From positions 28,239-52,238 of the forward strand of contig NZ_JAVIKH010000003.1 of assembly GCF_033962415.1 (NCBI RefSeq): DNA of 24,000 nt, in the 5' to 3' direction. This document shows, piece by piece, positions 8,375 to 23,284 of this stretch (position 1 is the stretch's first letter; the number at the start of each line of letters is the position of its first letter). Made by a program: the position numbers and the translations under genes. The notes under the pieces are model-generated. The model worked only from the letters and a program-made list of their open reading frames with translations, was not told the DNA's origin and made no database searches. The stretch comes from Candidatus Cetobacterium colombiensis (GTDB lineage: Bacteria; Fusobacteriota; Fusobacteriia; Fusobacteriales; Fusobacteriaceae).

Positions 8375-10627
8375 TTATAAATCAAACATTCCTAATAAAA
8401 CTTTTTCAGATGTAATAGGTAACTTTCTAACTCTAACTTTAGTGGCATTATAAACTGCATCTGCTATAGCTGGTGCAGGGGTATTAATAACAACTTCACC
8501 AACAGATTTAGCTCCAAAAGGACCAGTTTTTTCATAAGAATTAGAAATTTCTACTCTTATATTTTTACAATCAAGTCTAGAAGGAATTTTATATTGCATT
8601 AACGAATCTGATATAGGTTTTCCTTTTTTATCATATTTAATATCTTCAAGAAGAGCAAGACCTATACCTTGGGCAGCTCCACCTTCCACTTGAACTTGAA
8701 CTAAGTTAGGATTAATAGGAGTTCCACAGTCAACAACTGATAAGTAATCGATTACTTCAACTTCACCAGTTAAAGTATCCACTTCAACTTCAGCAAATCC
8801 AGCAATGAATGGTGGTGGAGAAGTTTCTCCTCCCCAAGTTCCAGTAGTTGTAATTTGATTCATTCCTTCAAAAGAAATAGAACGTTGAGCAAAGTCTTCT
8901 AAAGAGATTAAATTATTTCCAATTTTTAAGTTATTACCTAAATATTCAATTTCATTAATGTTAGTATTGAACATTTTAGAAGCACCCTTTAATATTTCTT
9001 CTCTCATTTTGTTTGCAGCTATAATAACAGCATTTCCTGTAACATAAGTTCCACTTGAAGCGTAAGCTCCAGGATCATATGGAGAAAGATCTGTATCAGC
9101 TGAATGAATAGAAATTTTATCCATAGGAACATCTAAAACTTCAGCAGCTATTTGAGTAAGAACAGTATCACATCCTTGTCCCATATCAGTAACTCCAACC
9201 ATAAGACTGAAATCACCTCTGTCACCAAGTTTTATTGTAGCAGCAGCAGTATCAATTCCACCAATTCCTGACCCTTGCATTGTAACGGCCATTCCAGCAG
9301 CTCTAACTTTATTAGGAGCAACTTCTCTTACTTGAGATTTTTCTATCCAATTAAATTTTTCTTTTCCAATTTCAATACATTTTTTTATATCACCACTTGT
9401 AATATACTTTCCTTCTCCAGGCTCAACAAGATTTTTCATTCTAATTTCAGTTGGATCTAAATTTAGTTTGTGAGCTAATTCATTAATGATAGATTCAACA
9501 GCAAATGTTCCTTGAGTTGCCCCATATCCTCTAAAAGCACCAGCATTCATTGTATTTGAATATACAATATTAGCATTGAATCTCATTGGAACAGTATCAT
9601 AAAGAGGGAAAGTTTTATATGAAACAAGAGAAGTAACCGTAGGAGCATGCTCTCCATAAGCACCAGCATTAGAAAGAACATTAATATCAATAGCCTTAAT
9701 ATTTCCCTCTAAATCAGAACCAATCTTAACATCAAGTCTCATTTCATGTCTTGTAGTAGTACAAGTATGAGTTTCTTTTCTATTGTAAATTATTTTAGAT
9801 GGTTTTCCAGTTTTTAATGTTACAAAAGCTGAATAAATTTCACAAACAGCTGTTTGTTTACCTCCAAAACCTCCTCCAACTCTAGGCTTAATAACTCTAA
9901 GTTTACTTGTAGGTAATTCTAGAGCTCTAGCTAAGTGTCTTCTAACATGAAAAGGAATTTGAGTAGAGCTAACTGTAGTTAATCTTCCATTAACATCAAA
10001 ATAACTATATGATCTATATGTTTCCATCATAGCATGTATTTGAGGCTGAGTATAATAAGTCCTTTCAAGAATAATATCACTCTTTACAAAACCTTCTTCA
10101 ACTCCAGGTTTCTCACTATAAGCTTTAGATGCGATATTTCTTTTTCTTTCATATCCTATTTCAAAGTTTGTATGAACTTCTTCAGGATGAATAAGTATAT
10201 GAGAATCAATAGATTTTTCAAAATCTAAGATAGGTTCTAAAATATCATATTGAACTTTAATTAATTTCATTGCTTTTTCAGCAGCTCTTTCATCTTCAGC
10301 AGCTATTATAGCGACAGGATCACCAACATATCTAACGTATTCATCAAGAATTCTTCTGTCATATGGAGAAGGTTCTGGAAAACTTTGACCTGCAAGAGTA
10401 AATCTAGTTTCAGGCACATCATTATGTGTAAAAATAGCTTCAACTCCAGGGACTTTCAAAGCAATAGAAGTATCAATGGCTTTGATTTTTGCAAAAGCAT
10501 GAGGAGATCTCAATAATTTTATAGTTAAAACGTTATTATTTAAAATTAAATCTTCAGTATAAGCAGGATTTCCAGTTACAACTCCAACTCCATCTACTTT
10601 TCTAACAGATGTATTAACAATTTTCAT
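8375..10627 (-). CDS. xdhA: Xanthine dehydrogenase family molybdopterin-binding large subunit (probably selenium-dependent)
   Basis: 750 aa. Mo-cofactor motifs RVGGGFGGKQ, AFRGYGATQG (carries the Arg equivalent to bovine XOR Arg880) and C-terminal GAKSVGE (catalytic Glu). GGAGGAG RBS. The start overlaps the 2Fe-2S gene by 14 nt. Confidence 0.88.
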   Translation of the reverse strand: MKIVNTSVRKVDGVGVVTGNPAYTEDLILNNNVLTIKLLRSPHAFAKIKAIDTSIALKVPGVEAIFTHNDVPETRFTLAGQSFPEPSPYDRRILDEYVRYVGDPVAIIAAEDERAAEKAMKLIKVQYDILEPILDFEKSIDSHILIHPEEVHTNFEIGYERKRNIASKAYSEKPGVEEGFVKSDIILERTYYTQPQIHAMMETYRSYSYFDVNGRLTTVSSTQIPFHVRRHLARALELPTSKLRVIKPRVGGGFGGKQTAVCEIYSAFVTLKTGKPSKIIYNRKETHTCTTTRHEMRLDVKIGSDLEGNIKAIDINVLSNAGAYGEHAPTVTSLVSYKTFPLYDTVPMRFNANIVYSNTMNAGAFRGYGATQGTFAVESIINELAHKLNLDPTEIRMKNLVEPGEGKYITSGDIKKCIEIGKEKFNWIEKSQVREVAPNKVRAAGMAVTMQGSGIGGIDTAAATIKLGDRGDFSLMVGVTDMGQGCDTVLTQIAAEVLDVPMDKISIHSADTDLSPYDPGAYASSGTYVTGNAVIIAANKMREEILKGASKMFNTNINEIEYLGNNLKIGNNLISLEDFAQRSISFEGMNQITTTGTWGGETSPPPFIAGFAEVEVDTLTGEVEVIDYLSVVDCGTPINPNLVQVQVEGGAAQGIGLALLEDIKYDKKGKPISDSLMQYKIPSRLDCKNIRVEISNSYEKTGPFGAKSVGEVVINTPAPAIADAVYNATKVRVRKLPITSEKVLLGMFDL

Positions 10628-11078
10628 TTTTTATCTCCTCCATAAAATTTCTAATTGCTCTAAGTTGAGATATATACCCACTACATCTGCAAAGATTTCC
10701 ATTTAAATAATGCATAATTTCATCATCTGTTGGATCTTGTAATTCTTTAGTCATTGCAATAACAGTTAAAGTGAACCCAGGAGAACAAAAACCACACTGT
10801 TCAGCTCCTTCAGCAGTCATATAAGAAGCAAAAGTTTTAGCTTCTTTTGGAAAGTTTTCAATAGTTGAAATTTGTTTTCCGTGAGCTCTAGCTGCAAGAG
10901 TACTACAAGAAAGTATAGGAGAACCATTTAAAAGAATAGTACATAATCCACAAGCACCAGTATCACACCCTCTTTTAACACTAAGATATCCTTCTTTTCT
11001 TAAAACATCAAGTAGATAATCGTCATCTTTTATAAGAATCTCCTTTTTTCTACCGTTAATAGTAGTAGTTAATAACAT
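10614..11078 (-). CDS. xdhC: Xanthine dehydrogenase family [2Fe-2S] iron-sulfur subunit
   Basis: 154 aa with two cluster motifs: CDTGACGLCTILLNG...SC (ferredoxin-like) and CGFCSPGF...CRCSGY. The symbol follows E. coli nomenclature (XdhC = Fe-S subunit). Confidence 0.88.
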   Translation of the reverse strand: MLLTTTINGRKKEILIKDDDYLLDVLRKEGYLSVKRGCDTGACGLCTILLNGSPILSCSTLAARAHGKQISTIENFPKEAKTFASYMTAEGAEQCGFCSPGFTLTVIAMTKELQDPTDDEIMHYLNGNLCRCSGYISQLRAIRNFMEEIKNENC

Positions 11079-11872
11079 TAATTTAAAACCTCCTGAATTC
11101 CTTTTCTAAGTAATGCTGATAAAAGAAGTTCTCTGTAACTTTTAGAACCTCTCATGTTTGAGTCTAAAGGAATTTCATCTCCAATATGTTTCATAGCATT
11201 AACAATTTCTTTTTCAATATTTTCACTAAGATTTAGAATAGCCATAGTTTTTTTAGCTAACATAGCCTTTCCAGGTCTTGACCCAACTGCTATTGTTATT
11301 TTGTTATTAAAATTACAAATAGCTAAATTTATTATAGAGTAATCAGTTTTACTTTTTCTTACACATTGAAAAGATGTTTTACAATATTTTTTAGGAATTA
11401 AAATTTCAACTAAAATATCTTTTCTTATATTTTGCTCATTTAAAAAATCTTCCAATGATAAAATTCCACCATTGAATAGTTTAACCTTAGCATCTAGTGA
11501 TAGTAAAACTGGAATTAAATCCGAAAATCCATATTTACTGAAAACTGTAGCACCAACAGTGACATTACTTCTAAATTGAACTCCTATAATATCTCTTAAA
11601 GCGACATTGAAGATATCTCCAAAGAAGTCTTTTAAAAGAATATTAGTTTCAAGTTGTCTAAAAGTAGTCATAGCACCAATATTTATAAATTCTTCAGTTT
11701 CTGAAATATAATTTAAATTTAAATTTGATAAGTCAATACCTGTGTTCCAAGGAGTATTTCCCATTCTTAAATAAGAAGTTCCTCCTAGGATAATATTTTT
11801 TTTGTTTTTTAAAAGTTCAGTATAGGCTTCTTCTAAAGAAGAGGCTAGAAAAAATTTTGAAAAAGAAAACAA
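11078..11872 (-). CDS. xdhB: Xanthine dehydrogenase family FAD-binding subunit (CO dehydrogenase flavoprotein-like)
   Basis: 264 aa, with N-terminal FAD-binding fold (IILGGTSYLRMG...GAMTTFRQLE). TTG start 7 nt after GGAGG. The stop overlaps the start of the Fe-S gene (TAATG). Confidence 0.8.
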   Translation of the reverse strand: MFSFSKFFLASSLEEAYTELLKNKKNIILGGTSYLRMGNTPWNTGIDLSNLNLNYISETEEFINIGAMTTFRQLETNILLKDFFGDIFNVALRDIIGVQFRSNVTVGATVFSKYGFSDLIPVLLSLDAKVKLFNGGILSLEDFLNEQNIRKDILVEILIPKKYCKTSFQCVRKSKTDYSIINLAICNFNNKITIAVGSRPGKAMLAKKTMAILNLSENIEKEIVNAMKHIGDEIPLDSNMRGSKSYRELLLSALLRKGIQEVLN

Positions 11873-11899
11873 GTTAAAACCTCCAATTAATCTAATTTA

Positions 11900-13249
11900 T
11901 TATGCAGCTTTTTTTGCTAGTTTTATTTCTTGTGCTGTTTTCTCTTCAACTGCTTCATCTTCCTTTGGTAAAATGATATTTAGAAATACTGCGATTGTTC
12001 CAGAAACCACAATTCCAGATCCTCCAAATATAAGTTTTACACTTTCAGGAAAAACAGTTAAAGCTTCAGGAACATTTCCAAGTCCATACCCTAATCCTAA
12101 TGAAACAGCTAAAATAACTGAATTTCTTCCTTTTAATGGATCTTTTGTAATTAGGTTAATTCCACTTATTGAAATCATAGCGAAAACCATAACTAAACTA
12201 CCACCAATTACACTTGAAGGAATGATTGTAAAAAGAGCTCCAATCTTTGGAATAAAAGCTCCAACTACTAAGAACATAGCTCCAGTAGCAACAACAAATC
12301 TACTCATGATTCCAGTCATCGCAATGATTCCAGTGTTTTGGCTAAATGATGTAGTAGGTAAAACTGAAAATACAGCAGCTAAAGCACTACCTAAACCATC
12401 AGCAAGAATACCACCTGATAATTCTCTATCAGTAGTTTCTCTTCCAGCTCCTCCCATAGTAACTCCAGACATATCTCCAACAGTTTCAACAGCAGAAACA
12501 ATAAACATTAAAATCATAGCTAAAATAGCATCGAAGTGGAAAGCGAATCCAAACATTAAAGGTTTTGGAATAGTTACATAGTCAGCTTGAAGAAGCGGTT
12601 GTAAATTAACTTTTCCTAATATTAAAGCAACAATAAAACCAACAATAGTTCCAATAAAAATAGAACCAGTACTTAAAATCCCTTTAGTAAACTGTTTAAA
12701 GAAAACAACAGTTATAAGAACAACAGTTCCAATAAGTAAATTTTCTAAAGAACCAAAATCTGGAGCACCTACTCCACCAGCAAAACTTTTAATACCAACA
12801 GGTAAAAGTGAAAGTCCAATAGAAAGAACTACAACACCAGTAACAATAGGAGGAAAAAATTTTCTAACTCTCTTGATGATAAGTCCTAAAAGACCTTCAA
12901 AAATTCCTCCAACTAATGCAGCACCTAAAACTCCTTCAAATCCATATCTTGTTCCAATTGAAATAGCTACAGGAACAAATGCAAAGCTAGTTCCAACAAC
13001 AATTGGTAATTTTGCACCAATTGGTCCAAGAGTATATGCTTGAATTAAAGTATTTAAACCAGCAACAAACATAGAAGCTTGAATAAGAAGTGTTTTTTGT
13101 TCAGCAGAGATTCCTAAAACACCAGCAACAATTATTATAGGAGTGATATTACTAACAAACATCGCAAGAATGTGTTGTAATCCTAAAGGTAAAGCTGTTT
13201 TTAATTCTGGAACTCCGTCTAAGTGATAAGGTGATCTGTTTTTTTTCAT
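11900..13249 (-). CDS. pbuX: NCS2/NAT family purine (xanthine/urate-type) permease
   Basis: 449 aa, polytopic. NAT signature QNTGIIAMTG has Gln at the first position, as in xanthine/uric-acid transporters (uracil transporters have Glu there). AGGAGGA RBS. First gene after the purine riboswitch. Confidence 0.85.
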   Translation of the reverse strand: MKKNRSPYHLDGVPELKTALPLGLQHILAMFVSNITPIIIVAGVLGISAEQKTLLIQASMFVAGLNTLIQAYTLGPIGAKLPIVVGTSFAFVPVAISIGTRYGFEGVLGAALVGGIFEGLLGLIIKRVRKFFPPIVTGVVVLSIGLSLLPVGIKSFAGGVGAPDFGSLENLLIGTVVLITVVFFKQFTKGILSTGSIFIGTIVGFIVALILGKVNLQPLLQADYVTIPKPLMFGFAFHFDAILAMILMFIVSAVETVGDMSGVTMGGAGRETTDRELSGGILADGLGSALAAVFSVLPTTSFSQNTGIIAMTGIMSRFVVATGAMFLVVGAFIPKIGALFTIIPSSVIGGSLVMVFAMISISGINLITKDPLKGRNSVILAVSLGLGYGLGNVPEALTVFPESVKLIFGGSGIVVSGTIAVFLNIILPKEDEAVEEKTAQEIKLAKKAA

Positions 13250-13317
13250 TGATAATAATCCTCCTAAAATTCTTTTTTTCGAATTTTACTCAAATATATA
13301 GTAGGGATTAAACTATT

Positions 13318-13356
13318 GTAGAAAATAAAAAAAGATTATCTTTTTTCATCTTCTAC
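13318..13356 (-). promoter_or_regulatory. Second leader hairpin: 18-bp stem, 3-nt loop, between the riboswitch terminator and the permease RBS
   Basis: Minus-strand RNA GUAGAAGAUGAAAAAAGA-UAA-UCUUUUUUUAUUUUCUAC pairs at all 18 positions (2 G:U). No U-tract follows the full stem, but its inner part (AAAAAGA/UCUUUUU followed by UUAUUUU) is terminator-like. Confidence 0.5.
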
Positions 13357-13361
13357 AAGTG

Positions 13362-13402
13362 AAAAATAGATAATCTAAAATTTTAGATTGAAGAATCTAT
13401 TT
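13362..13402 (-). terminator. Riboswitch expression-platform terminator
   Basis: Minus-strand RNA AAAUAGAU-UCUUC-AAUCUAAAAUUUUAGAUU-AUCUAUUUUUC. It has an outer stem AUAGAU/AUCUAU, an inner perfect palindrome AAUCUAAAA/UUUUAGAUU, then a U5 tract. It starts 6 nt after the P1 3' strand of the aptamer. Confidence 0.65.
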
Positions 13403-13407
13403 ATTTC

Positions 13408-13472
13408 ACCCATAGTGGCTAATTTAAGGTTAGCCGTAGAAACTTCCGACCGTATTACGGATATATATGAGT
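13408..13472 (-). promoter_or_regulatory. Purine riboswitch aptamer, guanine/xanthine class (C at the specificity position)
   Basis: Minus-strand RNA ACUCAUA-UAUAU-CCGUAAUACGGUCGGA-AGUUUCUAC-GGCUAACCUUAAAUUAGCC-AC-UAUGGGU. P1 is ACUCAUA/UAUGGGU. The J2/3 block AAGUUUCUAC is conserved. L2 has ...AUACGG and L3 has CCUUAAA, which supply the GG/CC kissing pairs. P3 is GGCUAA/UUAGCC. J3/1 is AC, with the C74 equivalent at 13415. Confidence 0.85.
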
Positions 13473-13540
13473 AATTCTTTTATTTCCCTTGAAACAAGGG
13501 TTAAAGTATTTTGCACCTAAAATGCTCTTAAAATAATTTT

Positions 13541-13569
13541 GTTCTTAAATTTTTAGTGAATTTAAGAAC
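13541..13569. repeat. Perfect 10-bp inverted repeat with 9-nt spacer in the divergent promoter region
   Basis: GTTCTTAAAT (13541-13550) / ATTTAAGAAC (13560-13569). It could be a protein-binding site or a leader RNA hairpin if transcription starts upstream of it. Confidence 0.5.
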
Positions 13570-13584
13570 GTTTAATTAACAAGA

Positions 13585-13613
13585 ATGATATCATAAATCA
13601 ATTAACTTTTCAA
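13585..13613 (-). promoter_or_regulatory. Candidate sigma-70 promoter for the riboswitch/permease/XDH operon
   Basis: Minus strand: -35 TTGAAA (13613-13608), 17-nt spacer, extended -10 TGaTATCAT (-10 hexamer at 13590-13585). It would give a leader of about 100 nt before the aptamer. A weaker alternative is TTAAGA-17-TACTTT, with its -10 at 13508-13503. Confidence 0.4.
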
Positions 13614-13680
13614 TAAATTTTTCTAATTGCCAATTAAAATTAAAATTAAAATAGTTTTATTTAACAAGAATGTTTTTATT

Positions 13681-13709
13681 TTGACTTTTATTTATTTTAG
13701 TAATATACT
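13681..13709 (+). promoter_or_regulatory. Candidate sigma-70 promoter for the aldo-keto reductase gene
   Basis: -35 TTGACT (13681-13686), 17-nt spacer, -10 TATACT (13704-13709). The RBS GAGGGGG lies about 25 nt downstream. Confidence 0.6.
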
Positions 13710-13746
13710 TAATTCATAGGAAACTTAAAAATTGAGGGGGTTTTTA

Positions 13747-14646
13747 ATGGAATACGTTGAATTAAGTAAAGATTTAAAAATGTCAAAGATAGCTTTAGGA
13801 TTTTGGCGTTTAAATGATTGGAAAATGTCAAAGGAAGATTTATTAAAATATTTAGAAGAAGCAATAGATTTAGGTGTGACAACTTTTGATCATGCTGATA
13901 TTTATGGAAGTTATACTTGTGAAAAAATTTTTGGAGAGGCACTAGCTTTAAAACCAGAATTAAGATCTAAAATGCAATTAGTAAGCAAGGTTGGTATTAA
14001 ATTAATATCTAAAAATATGCCTGAAAATACATTTCATTGTTATGATACAAGTTATAATCATATAGTTAAAAGTGTAGAAAAATCTCTAAAAAATTTAAAT
14101 GTAGAGTATTTAGATTTGGTTTTAATTCATCGACCTGATATGTATATGGATGCTGATGAGACAGCAAAAGCTTTAACAGATTTAAAAAAGGCAGGAAAAG
14201 TTTTAGAGTGGGGTGTATCTAATTTTTTACCTTCTGATTTTAACCTTTTACAAAGTAGATTAGATTTTAAATTAGTAACTAATCAAATTGAACTTTCTCC
14301 ATTGAAAACGCAACATTTTTATGATGGAACAATAAATCTAATGCAAGAAAAAAGAGTTCCTATGATGATATGGTCACCTTTGGCTGGAGGAGAGATATTT
14401 ACTTCTAGTGATGAAAATGTAGTTGAATTAAGAAAAATTTTAGAAAAACTAGGAAAAAAATATAATTGTTCAATAGATACAATTGTTTATGCTTGGCATT
14501 TAGCTCATCCAGCAAATCTAATTCCAATTTGTGGAAGTGGAAAAATATCTAGATTGAAATCTGCCGTTGAAGCATGTAAAGTAAGTTTAACAAGAGAAGA
14601 ATGGTTTGATATATTAGTAAATGGAATGGGAAAAGATATACCTTAA
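13747..14646 (+). CDS. ydhF: Aldo-keto reductase, YdhF-like oxidoreductase
   Basis: 299 aa, collinear with my recollection of E. coli YdhF (GFWRLNDW.., DLGVTTFDHADIYGSY, LVSKVGI, LVLIHRPD, WGVSNF, TNQIELSP, ICGSGKISRL). Start moved from the track TTG at 13732 to ATG at 13747, 7 nt after GAGGGGG. Confidence 0.85.
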   Translation: MEYVELSKDLKMSKIALGFWRLNDWKMSKEDLLKYLEEAIDLGVTTFDHADIYGSYTCEKIFGEALALKPELRSKMQLVSKVGIKLISKNMPENTFHCYDTSYNHIVKSVEKSLKNLNVEYLDLVLIHRPDMYMDADETAKALTDLKKAGKVLEWGVSNFLPSDFNLLQSRLDFKLVTNQIELSPLKTQHFYDGTINLMQEKRVPMMIWSPLAGGEIFTSSDENVVELRKILEKLGKKYNCSIDTIVYAWHLAHPANLIPICGSGKISRLKSAVEACKVSLTREEWFDILVNGMGKDIP

Positions 14647-14654
14647 AATAAAAA

Positions 14655-14679
14655 AGCCTTACTCACTTAGAGTAGGGCT
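14655..14679. terminator. Bidirectional rho-independent terminator between the convergent AKR and ebgR genes
   Basis: AGCCTTACTC / GAGTAGGGCT form a 10-bp stem (one G:U) with a 5-nt loop. An A-run (AAAATAAAAA) lies upstream and a T-run (TTTGTTTTTT) downstream, so it can act on both strands. Confidence 0.8.
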
Positions 14680-14695
14680 TTTGTTTTTTATCTAA

Positions 14696-15664
<969 letters not shown>

Positions 15665-15700
15665 TTAAGCCTCCTATATATTAAATAATTTTTATAATAT

Positions 15701-15728
15701 ATAATACCATAGATTTTTTTTGTTGCAA
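15701..15728 (-). promoter_or_regulatory. Candidate ebgR promoter
   Basis: Minus strand: -35 TTGCAA (15728-15723), 16-nt spacer, extended -10 TGgTATTAT (hexamer at 15706-15701). The -35 lies inside the TGTTGCAACA palindrome. Confidence 0.5.
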
Positions 15729-15730
15729 CA
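15721..15730. promoter_or_regulatory. 10-bp perfect palindrome TGTTGCAACA, candidate LacI-family (EbgR) operator
   Basis: TGTTG|CAACA has the TGT...ACA outline of LacI/GalR-family operator half-sites. It overlaps the predicted ebgR -35 and lies about 50 bp upstream of the ebgA -35. Confidence 0.4.
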
Positions 15731-15740
15731 GTTAAATATT

Positions 15741-15775
15741 TTTTAGTAAAAATTTTAGTAAAATTTTTACTAAAA
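15741..15775. repeat. Three copies of an 11-nt half-site TTTTAGTAAAA: two direct, one inverted, forming a perfect 23-bp palindrome abutting the ebgA -35
   Basis: TTTTAGTAAAA at 15741-15751 and at 15753-15763, centre T at 15764, and the reverse complement TTTTACTAAAA at 15765-15775. The ebgA -35 TTGACA begins at 15779. Confidence 0.6.
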
Positions 15776-15778
15776 AGT

Positions 15779-15807
15779 TTGACAAAAATAATTAAAAGTT
15801 GTATACT
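15779..15807 (+). promoter_or_regulatory. Candidate sigma-70 promoter for ebgA-ebgC (and downstream genes)
   Basis: -35 TTGACA (15779-15784), 17-nt spacer, -10 TATACT (15802-15807). The RBS GGGAGG lies ahead of the ATG at 15865. Confidence 0.65.
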
Positions 15808-15861
15808 CGATTTATGTAATAAAAATACTTTTAAAGTACTTAATTGGGAGGTTATATATAA

Positions 15862-18912
<3,051 letters not shown>

Positions 18913-18922
18913 GGAGGGTTAG

Positions 18923-20807
<1,885 letters not shown>

Positions 20808-20811
20808 TTAA

Positions 20812-23133
<2,322 letters not shown>

Positions 23134-23143
23134 TAATAAAAAA

Positions 23144-23165
23144 AGCCTCACTGAGAAGTGAGGCT
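23144..23165. terminator. Bidirectional terminator: strong for selC (minus strand), weaker for the GH63 gene (plus strand)
   Basis: AGCCTCAC / GTGAGGCT form an 8-bp GC-rich stem with a 6-nt loop. A7 lies upstream on the plus strand, which gives a U7 tract after the stem on the minus strand. On the plus strand the stem is followed by GAACTTTT. Confidence 0.8.
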
Positions 23166-23178
23166 GAACTTTTAAAAT

Positions 23179-23272
23179 TGGCGGAAGCGTATAGGAATCG
23201 AACCTACCAGCGATTTAACTCGCCAAGACAGTTTTGAAGACTGCTGAGTACACCAGTAACTCATCCGCTTCC
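23179..23272 (-). tRNA. selC: tRNA-Sec (selenocysteine tRNA, anticodon UCA)
   Basis: The 94-nt minus-strand RNA is GGAAGCGGAUGAGUUACUGGUGUACUCAGCAGUCUUCAAAACUGUCUUGGCGAGUUAAAUCGCUGGUAGGUUCGAUUCCUAUACGCUUCCGCCA. The anticodon loop is CUUCAAA (UCA). There is a long variable arm (GGCGA/UCGCU plus wobble pairs, loop GUUAAA), an extended D stem with a 4-nt loop, a UUCGAUU T-loop and an encoded CCA. The ends (GGAAG... and ...CUUCCGCCA) match E. coli selC. Confidence 0.9.
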
Positions 23273-23284
23273 AATTTCATGATT

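Noticed and set aside
11973-12581. 202-aa plus-strand ORF inside the permease gene
   Set aside because: It is fully antisense to a well-supported NCS2 permease. The protein is low-complexity (P/I/T/A-rich), which mirrors the hydrophobic codons of the opposite strand. It has no RBS and no recognisable motif, so it is a shadow ORF.
13486-13500. Hairpin CCCTTG-AAA-CAAGGG just upstream of the riboswitch aptamer, considered as a terminator
   Set aside because: No U-tract follows it on either strand, and no upstream gene needs terminating on the minus strand. It is more likely part of the 5' leader, or fortuitous.
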